Part shown: positions 26,591-36,452 of the stretch, one piece after another
Layout: each line of letters opens with the position of its first letter
Numbering within the stretch: the stretch's first letter is position 1
NCBI GenBank assembly: GCA_964452405.1
Contig: CAYVLT010000001.1
Location: 3,387-67,386, forward strand
Source of the DNA: an uncultured Ferruginibacter sp.
Lineage (GTDB): Bacteria > Bacteroidota > Bacteroidia > Chitinophagales > Chitinophagaceae
Direction of reading: 5' to 3'
DNA length: 64,000 bases
Made by a program: the position numbers and the translations under genes
Notes under the pieces: generated by a model
Databases searched by the model: none
What the model saw: only the letters and a program-made list of their open reading frames with translations
Told to the model about the DNA's origin: nothing

Positions 26591-27853
26591 ATGGTTTACA
26601 TACCATTTGTTTATTTTACATCACTGTTGTTGTTTAATTGTTACAGGACAAAAACCTTTAACCTGGGAAGTTTTTTGTTATTCCTCTATGCCTTCTCAGC
26701 CCTGCTCTCTGTGTTTTTATACAACGTTGAGTTTTTGCAGTATAAAAACACAGAGATAAAATTATCCTCCTGTATTTTCTATTGCGTTACACTTACTATT
26801 TTTTTTCTGCCCTTTCTTTCCCGCAGCCAGGCCTCGGAACACCGGATATTGTTGCCCGATAGCAAGCTGTTCATGCTGGTGTCGATATTTTTTATCATCA
26901 TTAATTGTTTAGCCATACTGCTGTTGGTAAAAGCCATTTTATTCGTGGTGGCGCAGGACCCTAAAGACCTGCGGGAGGGAGGTTTGGCTCATTTGTATGG
27001 CATCAGCATGCCGGAATCGCTGGGCATGTGGCTGCTCGGGCACTTCTCCGATTTTTACGTGCTGCTGCTGGTATTCTTTTTTTATTCGAGAACCTATTTG
27101 AAAAACAAAGCGATCTTCGATATACTGCTGTTGGTATCTTCCATGAGTACGATTGTAAACGGATTGATGTCGGGAGGAAGAACGCAGGCCATCTACTGGA
27201 TCCTGGTTTTTATTTCCTGTTTTCTTTATTTCAAAAAAGACATGTCTAAAAAGATCAGGCGGCGGGTGCTGGTGTTTTCGGTGCTGTTATTTTCCCTGCT
27301 TCTCACCTATCTGGTGTCGGTTACCATTTTACGTTTTTCAGGTTCGTTCAGCGGAGCCACCGATTACGATGAAGCCTTCAGTTTGCTCGATTATTCCGGG
27401 CAGATTTTTTTAAACTTCAACAACTTTTTTGTCAATTTCGAACACAAAGGATACACCATTGCACGGATATTTCCATTTATGTATGATTGGCTGCACGCCG
27501 TAAATTTTGACCTGGCGGTGTATAAGCGTTCCATCCCGATGGACATAGGCGTGTTCTCCACCTTTCTTGGCGACTGGTACATCGATATCGGCATCACCGG
27601 TATTGTGATCTACACGCTTTTCTACTCAATGGTAGCCTTCCTGGTGAAACGGTATTACACGCCGGGCGCCCTTAAATTTCAACAGGTGCTGCTGTACTTT
27701 CTTATTTTTCAACTGCCACTGAACGGACTATTTTATTACAGTTTGTATAATAAAACTGCTATGATATCCGTAACAGGAACGGTCATCATTGCCATATTTT
27801 TCCGTTTTTCAGAAAAAGAGATGATCGATGTGGCACCCAAGCCCACCAGCTGA
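26591..27853 (+). CDS. wzy: Wzy-type O-antigen polymerase
   Basis: Very hydrophobic, Phe/Leu-rich; SGGRTQAI and VFSTFLGDWYIDIGITG segments typical of Wzy. Confidence 0.75.
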   Translation: MVYIPFVYFTSLLLFNCYRTKTFNLGSFLLFLYAFSALLSVFLYNVEFLQYKNTEIKLSSCIFYCVTLTIFFLPFLSRSQASEHRILLPDSKLFMLVSIFFIIINCLAILLLVKAILFVVAQDPKDLREGGLAHLYGISMPESLGMWLLGHFSDFYVLLLVFFFYSRTYLKNKAIFDILLLVSSMSTIVNGLMSGGRTQAIYWILVFISCFLYFKKDMSKKIRRRVLVFSVLLFSLLLTYLVSVTILRFSGSFSGATDYDEAFSLLDYSGQIFLNFNNFFVNFEHKGYTIARIFPFMYDWLHAVNFDLAVYKRSIPMDIGVFSTFLGDWYIDIGITGIVIYTLFYSMVAFLVKRYYTPGALKFQQVLLYFLIFQLPLNGLFYYSLYNKTAMISVTGTVIIAIFFRFSEKEMIDVAPKPTS

Positions 27854-27910
27854 CACTGATGTTAACGCCGCCTGCCGTAATATTGTGATCATTTATTAAA
27901 AGCCTGTTGC

Positions 27911-28777
27911 TTGAATAAGGAGCTTACTTCTATCATCATCGTAAATTACAATACCAGGGAACTAACCTGCGATTGCATCTGCTCCATACAGCAGCATTGT
28001 ATTCCGGGCAGCTATGAAATAATTGTTGTTGACAACCACTCCTCCGACGAAAGTGTTGATTTTTTAAAAAGCAGTTTTTCTTCCATTACAGTAATTGCCA
28101 ACGAAAAAAATGTTGGGTTTGGAAGTGCTAATAATATTGGTGCCGCCGCAGCCAGGGGCAAATATCTTTTCCTGCTTAATTCGGATACAATACTCCGGGA
28201 AGAGCTGCTGTCGAAATTCATCCGCTTTTACAAGGATCATCAACACCTGAAGCCCGGCGTAATTGGCACTTTGCTGCTATCGAACGAGGGAACGGTGGTA
28301 CATTCATTCGGTAACTATTCATACTTCCTGCGTTCGGGCCATACCGCTAAAAAAGCGGAGGATGAGGTGCTGAACCAGGTGGCGCAACAATATTATGCCC
28401 CGGTGCAGATAGTGGTGGGAGCGGATATGTTTGTGGAGAAGGCAGTGTTCGATTCTTTCGCCGGCTTTGATCCTCATATATTTTTGTATGAAGAAGAACT
28501 GGAACTGCAATACCGCATGCAACTAAAGGGATACAGCAGCATTGTGATTAACGAAAAATCCATTGTGCACCTGGAAGGACAGTCATCAGGAAATTATTTT
28601 AAAAGAAAGTGCAGCCTCCTCAGCCTCAACTATATTCTTAAAAAGCATCATCCATACTGGCTGTACCTGTTTTGCCGCATGAGAATGATCTTTTATGCGG
28701 TTGCGTTTTTTAAAAATCCCAAAACCAGCTGGAAGGAAAAAATCAATTACCTGCAATTGTCGGTGTTGATGAAATGA
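27911..28777 (+). CDS. GT2 glycosyltransferase
   Basis: TTG start; SIIIVNYNT, IIVVDNHSSD, NVGFGSANN, LLNSDT, FLYEEE. Confidence 0.88.
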   Translation: MNKELTSIIIVNYNTRELTCDCICSIQQHCIPGSYEIIVVDNHSSDESVDFLKSSFSSITVIANEKNVGFGSANNIGAAAARGKYLFLLNSDTILREELLSKFIRFYKDHQHLKPGVIGTLLLSNEGTVVHSFGNYSYFLRSGHTAKKAEDEVLNQVAQQYYAPVQIVVGADMFVEKAVFDSFAGFDPHIFLYEEELELQYRMQLKGYSSIVINEKSIVHLEGQSSGNYFKRKCSLLSLNYILKKHHPYWLYLFCRMRMIFYAVAFFKNPKTSWKEKINYLQLSVLMK

Positions 28778-28841
28778 TAATTTCAGGATTACATGGTATG
28801 TTTGCAACATTTAAAAATGCAAGCGTAAAGGGCCGTTAGAA

Positions 28842-29726
28842 ATGTTTATCACCAGCACCGTTCAGTTCATTCTTCAAAAGAGCCGCCATCTTTGTTATCT
28901 CACCTGGTCAGCCTTTTATTCCCTGCAAATTAAGCCGGCAAAGGATATTGAAATTGATGTGGTGATACCTGTTATTGAAACTGACCTCGGCATTTTACCG
29001 GGCTGTATAGAAGGCCTGCGGAAAAACGTGGCGCATCCCATAAAAAATATTTACCTGTTATCGCCGGAAAGTAAGGCCATCCGGGATTTTGCGGCCACAG
29101 CCGGTGTAATTGTGGTGAATGAAACAAGTGTACTGGGTTATGCCCCGGCAGCCATCGATCATACCATTACCCGCGGTGCATTTACCGGGCTTAACCGCAG
29201 TGGCTGGATCTTTCAGCAATTATTAAAATTGTCGGGCAAAGCCGGAACCTGCCGTTATTTCCTGGCGATCGATTCCGACCATATCCTGCTGAAGCCCCAT
29301 GTATTTCTCGATCGCAGGGAAAGAACAGTTTTTTATCAATCGGGTGAATACAATATGCCTTATTATAAAAGCATCAGGCGGCTGCTGAAATTTTACCCGG
29401 TTACCATGTTTTCGTACGTGGCACATAAAATGCTTTTTGATAAGGAGGAACTACATAAACTCCACCGCGAAATTGAACAGAAAAGTGGCACCGGCCTGGC
29501 CTGGGACCAGGTGATCATTTCAAACCTCGACAGTGATGATGTGTCCGGTTTTTCTGAATTTGAACTGTATGGAAATTTTGTGCCGGGGAGCAAAAAAATC
29601 CGGGCACCCTGGCGGGATAAAATGCTTACCAAAAAAGAACTGGCAGGAGTGGAACTGCTTCGAAAGAATTACCCGGGATATTTGAGTGTTACCTTTCCTG
29701 CGTACCTTGATAAAAATGAACAGTGA
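28842..29726 (+). CDS. DUF6492-like, GT-A-fold putative glycosyltransferase
   Basis: IDVVIPV, GWIFQQLLKL, AIDSDH (DxD), FSEFELYGNF; family recognised from memory. Confidence 0.6.
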   Translation: MFITSTVQFILQKSRHLCYLTWSAFYSLQIKPAKDIEIDVVIPVIETDLGILPGCIEGLRKNVAHPIKNIYLLSPESKAIRDFAATAGVIVVNETSVLGYAPAAIDHTITRGAFTGLNRSGWIFQQLLKLSGKAGTCRYFLAIDSDHILLKPHVFLDRRERTVFYQSGEYNMPYYKSIRRLLKFYPVTMFSYVAHKMLFDKEELHKLHREIEQKSGTGLAWDQVIISNLDSDDVSGFSEFELYGNFVPGSKKIRAPWRDKMLTKKELAGVELLRKNYPGYLSVTFPAYLDKNEQ

Positions 29727-29732
29727 TTTAAC

Positions 29733-30587
29733 ATGGTGATCGTAAAAATTTGGGGTGGATTGGGCAACCAGCTGTTTCAGTACTGCTTCGGCAGGTACCT
29801 GGCCAGTAAGATGGGCACAGAGGTTAAATACGATATACAGATCACCAACCGGCTGAACAGTTTTACCCAACGCGATCTTGCTGTTTCCTGTTTTAATATC
29901 CACCTGCAGGTGGCATCGGAAGCGGAGATCAATGCCTTTAAATATTTCAGGAGTATTCAATTGGCAAGACTTGAAAGAAAGATCGCACAACAATTTCCCT
30001 CTCTGTTGCGCCGGCACATCGTGGAGCCAAACCAACCCAGGCCTTTTGGTGCTGTTCCTTTGCGGGATGATTGTTATTACGAAGGATATTGGCAATCGTA
30101 CCGCTACCTGGAAGGTATTGAAGAGCTGGTAAGGCAGGAACTCACGTTAAAAAATGATGTGGCCAGTCCTGCACGGGCAATGTTGGAACAAATACAGGCA
30201 GGTACTTCAGTAAGCATTCATGTAAGGCGAGGGGATTATTTGCACAACAAATATTTTTATACCTGCTCCCCGGCCTATTACCAGAAAGCAATGGCTATGT
30301 TCGCCGGATCGGGCACCCGTTTTTTTATTTTTACAGATGATGAAAGCTGGTGCCGCCAGCATTTTCCCAACGAAGATTGCACGATAGTTACCGGCAACGA
30401 ACATTTTGAAGACCTGTACCTGATGAGCCAATGCCGGCATCATATTATTGCCAACAGTACCTTCAGCTGGTGGGCGGCCTGGTTAACCGACCGGACCGAA
30501 AAGCGGGTAGTGGCACCCCAAAACTGGAACCGGCGATACACCGAAGAAAAAATTGAGCTTTTGCCTCCAAAATGGATTAAGATTTGA
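29733..30587 (+). CDS. GT11 alpha-1,2-fucosyltransferase family protein
   Basis: GGLGNQLFQY, YYEGYWQS, SIHVRRGDY, IIANSTFSWWAAW. Confidence 0.92.
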   Translation: MVIVKIWGGLGNQLFQYCFGRYLASKMGTEVKYDIQITNRLNSFTQRDLAVSCFNIHLQVASEAEINAFKYFRSIQLARLERKIAQQFPSLLRRHIVEPNQPRPFGAVPLRDDCYYEGYWQSYRYLEGIEELVRQELTLKNDVASPARAMLEQIQAGTSVSIHVRRGDYLHNKYFYTCSPAYYQKAMAMFAGSGTRFFIFTDDESWCRQHFPNEDCTIVTGNEHFEDLYLMSQCRHHIIANSTFSWWAAWLTDRTEKRVVAPQNWNRRYTEEKIELLPPKWIKI

Positions 30588-30664
30588 ATACTTGAAATAT
30601 CTTTGCCGCCGCTTCAGATAGCGAACTATAGATGATGCCAACCTGCCACTCCTGCTAACCTGAA

Positions 30665-31555
30665 ATGTTCCCTTCAATGCTTACCATCGGCCTGCCATTT
30701 TACAATAGCGAACGCACCCTTGCAGATGCGGTGAGATCGGTGTTGATGCAGACCTATACTGAATGGGAACTCATTTTATCGGATGACGGTTCAACAGACG
30801 GCTCGCTCGAAATAGCCCGGGCTTTTGAAAAGATGGATCCCCGGGTAAAAGTGATCAGCGATGGTTGCAACCGTGGCCTCAGTTTTCGCCTCAACCAGCT
30901 CGCTGCCATGACCACCAGTACCTACCTTGCAAGGATGGACGCCGATGATATGATGATGCCGGAAAAGATCGAAAAGCAGATGAAAGTGCTGGTGGCCGAC
31001 CCTTCAATCGACGTTATCGACACTGTTGCCTATATCATTAATGAAAAGGAAGAGCCGGTGGGAGTGAGGGGTTCATTTGAACTGGAAACCTGGGACAAAC
31101 AAAAAGTGTTGACAAAGGGACTGCTCTTTCACCCCACTGTAATCGCTAAAACCAGCTGGTTCCTGCAAAACAGGTATGATGAACGGGATGATTTTTGCCG
31201 CTCGGAAGACCTGGAGTTGTGGTGCCGCACCTATGACAGCACCCGTTTTGCCAGGGTGTACGAACCTCTATTCATTTACCGGGAAGGAAAAGTGAACGTG
31301 AAAAATTACAACGCCAGCGCCAGGGCCACCCGAAATATCCTGCGGGTATATCATAAGGGGGTCATCAGCACCGGTGAATATTACTGGCAATTGACAAAAT
31401 CTTATTTCAAGTCGCGCCTATATAGCCTCTTTGCTTTTTTTGACATGCACAACATTTTATCTTCCACCCGAAATAGCAGACTCGGCCATACGCAAAAGCA
31501 GGCTGTCTGCCAGGTCATCCAACAGGTGAAAAGCTATCGCCAGCCTGTTCTATAG
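30665..31555 (+). CDS. GT2 glycosyltransferase (paralog A)
   Basis: IGLPFYN, LSDDGSTD, ARMDADD, SEDLELW. Confidence 0.9.
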   Translation: MFPSMLTIGLPFYNSERTLADAVRSVLMQTYTEWELILSDDGSTDGSLEIARAFEKMDPRVKVISDGCNRGLSFRLNQLAAMTTSTYLARMDADDMMMPEKIEKQMKVLVADPSIDVIDTVAYIINEKEEPVGVRGSFELETWDKQKVLTKGLLFHPTVIAKTSWFLQNRYDERDDFCRSEDLELWCRTYDSTRFARVYEPLFIYREGKVNVKNYNASARATRNILRVYHKGVISTGEYYWQLTKSYFKSRLYSLFAFFDMHNILSSTRNSRLGHTQKQAVCQVIQQVKSYRQPVL

Positions 31556-31800
31556 GGATCGCAGCCCCGGCCATTTTCACCTAATATCACCCGATCATTA
31601 CCGGCTTCCGGCATATTATTTGGCGGACACATTAAAATGTGATTAAAATCTACTGTTGCGGTTTCCCGGATACTAAATATGTCTATATTGTATATTGTTC
31701 AATAGTATTTGTTTTTAATTTAGTGTGTTAACTGCTTAAAAAATGTTGAGTTCCGCTCGTGGTGTTCAGCATACATTTTTTACATAAAAGACTGGCTATC

Positions 31801-32757
31801 ATGTATAAAAATAAACTTCCGCTTATTACAGTAGGCTTGTCGTTTTATAATAATGAGAAAACTCTTGCCAGCGCAATCAAGTCTGTATTATTACAGACCT
31901 ATTCCCATTTTGAATTTATTATCATCGACGACGGATCAACCGACCGTTCTTACGAAATAGCTCACAAATTTGCCACTGCAGATAAACGCATCCGGCTCAT
32001 CAGGGACAAAGTGAACCGTGGCCTCATCTACCGCCTCAACCAGATCATCGACCTGGCGGATGGTAAGTACATGGCGAGGATGGATTCCGATGATATGATG
32101 ATGCCCGAGAAAATTGAACGCCAGATGGAGGTACTACTCCAGAACGACCATATTGATATTATTGACACGGCGGCCTATGCCATCAACGAAAAAGATGAAC
32201 CGGTAGGGATGCGGAAACTGATCGACATCACCGACTGGGATAGAAAAAAAGTATTACAGAAAAGATTGTTCTTCCATCCTACCATCATTGCAAAAACAAG
32301 CTGGTACCGGGAAAATAAATATGATGAAAATTTTGTGCGTTCAGAAGACTTTGAACTTTGGTGCAGGTCGTTCGAAAACATGCAATATCACCGCATTTAT
32401 GAACCCCTGTTTTTATATCGTGAAGGCAATGTAAATGTCTCCAATTATATCAAGAGCAGCAGCAGCCACCGTAGAGCGGTTAAAAAGCATTATAAAGGAG
32501 TACTCACCCGCAAGGAACTGGTTTCTGAAATTGTGGAGTCTCATGTAAAATCGGGCCTTTACCGTTTATTTGGCATGTTCAAAATGCAACATTTCCTGGC
32601 TGCAAAAAGAAATGTAAAACTTGATGAAGGGCAGCGTACTGAAGTGATGAGAACCATCCGCAAAATAAAAGACTGGAAGGGAAATCCGTCAGGCGTTACC
32701 ACCACTATTGCTGCGCCGGTGGTAGAACGGCCCGCCCGCGTGGTTAAGTTATATTGA
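31801..32757 (+). CDS. GT2 glycosyltransferase (paralog B)
   Basis: VGLSFYN, IIDDGSTD, ARMDSDD, SEDFELW; start moved to ATG 31801. Confidence 0.9.
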   Translation: MYKNKLPLITVGLSFYNNEKTLASAIKSVLLQTYSHFEFIIIDDGSTDRSYEIAHKFATADKRIRLIRDKVNRGLIYRLNQIIDLADGKYMARMDSDDMMMPEKIERQMEVLLQNDHIDIIDTAAYAINEKDEPVGMRKLIDITDWDRKKVLQKRLFFHPTIIAKTSWYRENKYDENFVRSEDFELWCRSFENMQYHRIYEPLFLYREGNVNVSNYIKSSSSHRRAVKKHYKGVLTRKELVSEIVESHVKSGLYRLFGMFKMQHFLAAKRNVKLDEGQRTEVMRTIRKIKDWKGNPSGVTTTIAAPVVERPARVVKLY

Positions 32758-33604
32758 TAGCCGGGTTATTATTTTTCCGGAACGCACCATACCATACATT
32801 TTCATTCTGCCATACCTCAGCCTCCGGCTCAAAGCCGCAACGCTTACACAACAGCAGCAATTCATCTTTAGAAGGATGCCACATGTGCTTGTCTTCAAAT
32901 TTTTTGGTAAACAGGTTTAATACTTTTCTTGCCGATTCCCGGGTAAGGTTGCTGATGCTTTCAACCCTTACCGTCATACCAATGATCAGTTTTCCATTGT
33001 CTTTCAACACACGGTTTGCTTCCAATAAGGAAAGTTCCGGGTTAAAAAAATGATCGATGCAGCTACGCATGTTCACAGTATCAAATGATGAAGGAACAAA
33101 GGGTAAAAACTCTGCAAATCCCGCCACAAAATTCAGCGGAAGATGCATGGGGTAATGTTGGAATAAATTTTTTCTCCCTGCAGCTAGTTTATACACATTG
33201 ATGAATGGATCAACAGAACAAAATGCTCCAGGATCGGTCATGTATTTTCTAACGGCGCCCAGGTTACCACCCACATCCAGTACCCTTCCTTCCAACGGTA
33301 GTTTTTCGTATACCGGCGCATCTCTTTTTTGTTCTTCCGGGTAAAGCGTATCGTCGGCCTCGGCCCGGTCGAGGTATCTTACCATGGATTGTTCATAATG
33401 GTCCTGCCCTTCCTGCCAGCCGGTTTCAAACTGGTTTAGCCGGATCCTGAAATCGGGTACGGAATCTTTTATGTGATAGGCAAACCCGTTTTCTGAATAA
33501 TAGACGTTATTTTTTTTTGTCAACTTTGATTTCCCGATAGGATCTGCTAAAATATTGTCGAGCCATGCTGATTGTATTACACTGATCGCTGTGTTCTGAT
33601 TCAT
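32744..33604 (-). CDS. Class I SAM-dependent methyltransferase with Trm112-like N-terminal segment
   Basis: VLDVGGNLG, FDTVNMRSCIDH, VLKDNGKLIIG; N-terminal ILADPIGKSKL..AYHIKDSVPDF resembles Trm112-like domains. Confidence 0.78.
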   Translation of the reverse strand: MNQNTAISVIQSAWLDNILADPIGKSKLTKKNNVYYSENGFAYHIKDSVPDFRIRLNQFETGWQEGQDHYEQSMVRYLDRAEADDTLYPEEQKRDAPVYEKLPLEGRVLDVGGNLGAVRKYMTDPGAFCSVDPFINVYKLAAGRKNLFQHYPMHLPLNFVAGFAEFLPFVPSSFDTVNMRSCIDHFFNPELSLLEANRVLKDNGKLIIGMTVRVESISNLTRESARKVLNLFTKKFEDKHMWHPSKDELLLLCKRCGFEPEAEVWQNENVWYGAFRKNNNPAINIT

Positions 33605-33741
33605 AAATACTGCTTAAACTTTTGCTGTAAAACAATGAGGGGTACAAGGCTGTAAAAATAAATCCATTTACAGCAATATCAGCCTATTTTGAATTTTAAT
33701 TCCTGCTGGCATAAAATATATTTATTTTCGCAGGCTCAACC

Positions 33742-34821
33742 ATGCAAGTAAACAGAAAGGAAATTTTATTCATTGTTCAATACCCGGAAAACGAGTCTCC
33801 GGCGCAACGCTTCCGTTTTGAGCTTTACAAAAATCTTTTGCATGACAATGGTTTTCTGGTAACCACGCATTCGTTCATCAACAGTTACGGATATGCGGTA
33901 ATTTTTAAGAAGGGATTTTTTTTCAGGAAAGCCTTTTCTGTGTTAATGGGATTTGTGCGGAGTTTTATCATGTTGTTCACCGTTAATAAATACGATTACA
34001 TCCTGTTGCAATGTGGTGTGGCTCCCATTGGTCCGCCGGTGTTTGAATGGGTACTGGTAAAATGGTTGAAGAAGAAAATTATTTACGATTTCGACGGCTC
34101 CATCTGGGTGGCCCAGGTGTCAGACAGGAACAGGATCCCTTTAGCGCTCCGCAATACCAACAAAGTGCCACTCATTTGTAAATGGAGTTATAAAATAAGT
34201 TGCGGCAACGAATTCCTGTGCAGCTATGCAAAAAGATACAACGACAAAGTGATTCACAATCCCACCTGCGTGGATACTGAAAACCATCACAATATCCTGG
34301 CTGATCATAACGTGCACAAAGTAACGGTAGGCTGGACGGGAAGTTTTTCAACACTTAAGTACCTGTACATGGTGGAACCGGTGCTGAAACGTTTACAGGA
34401 GAGATATGATTTTGATATCAAGGTGATCTGCAACCAGGTGCCTGGTCTCCGGTTAAAAAATGTACACTATGTTGAATGGAATGTAGATAATGAAGTTACA
34501 GAACTCGCTACCTGCCAGGTTGGCCTGATGCCACTCACGCACGATGAATGGAGCGAGGGCAAATGTGGATTCAAACTGATTCAATACCTGGCGCTCGAAA
34601 TTCCATCGGTTGCTTCCCCGGTGGGTGTAAATAAAAAGATCATCGAAGAGGGCATTAATGGTTACCTCTGTGATACCGATGAAGAATGGTACGTGGCACT
34701 CGAAAAATTGTTGCTGGATGCCGGTTTGAGGAAAAAAATGGGCGTGGCAGGGAGAAAGAAGATCATACAGGAATACAGCCTGCAATCGAATGCTGCTAAT
34801 TTTGTACAACTGTTTACATAA
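33742..34821 (+). CDS. GT4 glycosyltransferase
   Basis: VGWTGS, GLMPL..GKCGFKLIQYLALEIPSVASPVGVN, GINGYL. Confidence 0.9.
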   Translation: MQVNRKEILFIVQYPENESPAQRFRFELYKNLLHDNGFLVTTHSFINSYGYAVIFKKGFFFRKAFSVLMGFVRSFIMLFTVNKYDYILLQCGVAPIGPPVFEWVLVKWLKKKIIYDFDGSIWVAQVSDRNRIPLALRNTNKVPLICKWSYKISCGNEFLCSYAKRYNDKVIHNPTCVDTENHHNILADHNVHKVTVGWTGSFSTLKYLYMVEPVLKRLQERYDFDIKVICNQVPGLRLKNVHYVEWNVDNEVTELATCQVGLMPLTHDEWSEGKCGFKLIQYLALEIPSVASPVGVNKKIIEEGINGYLCDTDEEWYVALEKLLLDAGLRKKMGVAGRKKIIQEYSLQSNAANFVQLFT

Positions 34822-34849
34822 AAAAGCGGGCACCGCCCGGCACCCGCTT
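34820..34849 (-). terminator. Intrinsic terminator between convergent GT4 and AIM24-family genes
   Basis: AAGCGGG (34824-30) / CCCGCTT (34843-49); the A run at 34820-25 gives a U tail on the minus strand. Confidence 0.65.
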
Positions 34850-34868
34850 CGTTAAATAACTGCAGTTG

Positions 34869-35663
34869 TTATTCCCGACCGTCCAGGAGATTGCCAATAC
34901 CTCCTAAAATACTTCCTTCCTCTTTTCGTCCTCCTATCGAAGCATATTGCTGCAATCGACCGGCAAGCCTGCTGATGGGTAATGATTGTATCCACACTTT
35001 GCCCGGCCCTCTTAAAATAGCAAAGAATAAGCCTTCACCACCAAACATCCAGTTTTTTATGCCGCGGATAAACTCAATGTCGAAATCAACGCCTGCCGTA
35101 TAGGCCACCACGCAGCCGGTATCGATTTTTAATACTTCACCAGGCATCAGTTGTTTTTCAATCACATAACCGCCGGCATGTACAAAGGCCATTCCATCGC
35201 CTTCTAATTTTTCCATAATAAAACCTTCGCCGCCAAAAATACCTGTGCCTAAGCGTCGCTGAAATTCAATGCCAATGCTCACTCCCTTTGCCGCACATAA
35301 AAAGGCGTCTTTCTGTGCAATTATTTTGCCCCCGAGTTTCGACAGGTCGAGCGGGATAATTTTTCCGGTATAGGGCGCAGCGAAACTCACATGTTTTTTT
35401 CCCTGCCCGGTATTGGTGAAGGCTGTCATAAATAAATTTTCACCCACCAATAATCTTTTACCGGCGCTGAGTAATTTGCCGAGTAAACCAGTACCCTGTT
35501 GCTGGCTGCCGTCACCGAAAATAGTTTGCATTTGTATTTCATTATCCATCATCATAAAGCCTCCGGGCTCTCCGATAACGGTTTCATTCGGGTCGAGTTC
35601 AATTTCTACGAATTGTAATTCTTCGCCGTAAATGCGATAGTCAATTTCATGGTTGCTTATCAT
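34869..35663 (-). CDS. TIGR00266 / AIM24 family protein
   Basis: YRIYGEELQFVEIELDP, GENLFMT, AQKDAFLC, FGGEGF, GPGKVWIQSLP; start moved to MISNHEID. Confidence 0.9.
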   Translation of the reverse strand: MISNHEIDYRIYGEELQFVEIELDPNETVIGEPGGFMMMDNEIQMQTIFGDGSQQQGTGLLGKLLSAGKRLLVGENLFMTAFTNTGQGKKHVSFAAPYTGKIIPLDLSKLGGKIIAQKDAFLCAAKGVSIGIEFQRRLGTGIFGGEGFIMEKLEGDGMAFVHAGGYVIEKQLMPGEVLKIDTGCVVAYTAGVDFDIEFIRGIKNWMFGGEGLFFAILRGPGKVWIQSLPISRLAGRLQQYASIGGRKEEGSILGGIGNLLDGRE

Positions 35664-35768
35664 GGTAAATGTTTTTTGTAAAAATATTGCGTTGCATTTC
35701 TGAATACTAAAAAAGCCCTGTGATTTTTTCACAAGGCTTAAAAACAATTTGTATGGCAGATAAAGCGA

Positions 35769-36452
35769 TTAATCGATCACAGCTACCGGAGGCGCCACCG
35801 TTACCTGTGTTTCCGGCGTTTTTCTAAACCTTATCTGCACCGTTTCTCCTTTGCTGGTGGTAAATTTAATATTGTATAAACCTACCGGCAACGTACCGGT
35901 TTCAACAGAGGCGAGGTTTGTACTGTTGCTTACCAAAGCATTGCTTATAAGCATCCTGCCGCGGGCATCCGCAATGGACGCTTTGTTTACACTCGTGTTA
36001 GCCGGCAGCCAGATAAATATTTTCTGGTTGATCTGTGTTTCCAGCATCTTTATTTCGGCAGTTTCACGTTGTGCATTCAAAACGGTAACGGCGCTGTACA
36101 GGTAATTGCCCTTTACGTCGATGATCTTAACCCGGTAATAGTTGAGATGCTCAAAAATATTGTCATCGGAAATGTTGAATTGTTTCGAGCTGCCTGCCAC
36201 TGCGGTTACGTATTCAAAATGTTCTCCGTCAGTACTCTTTTCCAATTCGTACCGGCGCACTTTTAATTTCCTGTTGGCTTGCCAGCTGATCTTTCCGGTA
36301 TTGTTGGTTACAACTGCCTTTACGGTAACACCGGGGGCGAGAACGGTAGTTTTATGAATAGCTGAGGCCGCTACAAAACCTGCAGCCATTTGCGCATTGC
36401 CGGCCGAAGCCGAAAGCACGATACATGTGAGAATGTAGATTACCTGTTTCAT
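35769..36452 (-). CDS. Small secreted protein: signal peptide + Ig-like domain + T9SS type-A CTD-like domain
   Basis: ISW..YELEKSTDG..F..YYRVKIIDVKG..YS followed by DARGR..LPVGLYNIK..FRK, the usual C-terminal pair of Chitinophagaceae T9SS cargo. Confidence 0.6.
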   Translation of the reverse strand: MKQVIYILTCIVLSASAGNAQMAAGFVAASAIHKTTVLAPGVTVKAVVTNNTGKISWQANRKLKVRRYELEKSTDGEHFEYVTAVAGSSKQFNISDDNIFEHLNYYRVKIIDVKGNYLYSAVTVLNAQRETAEIKMLETQINQKIFIWLPANTSVNKASIADARGRMLISNALVSNSTNLASVETGTLPVGLYNIKFTTSKGETVQIRFRKTPETQVTVAPPVAVID

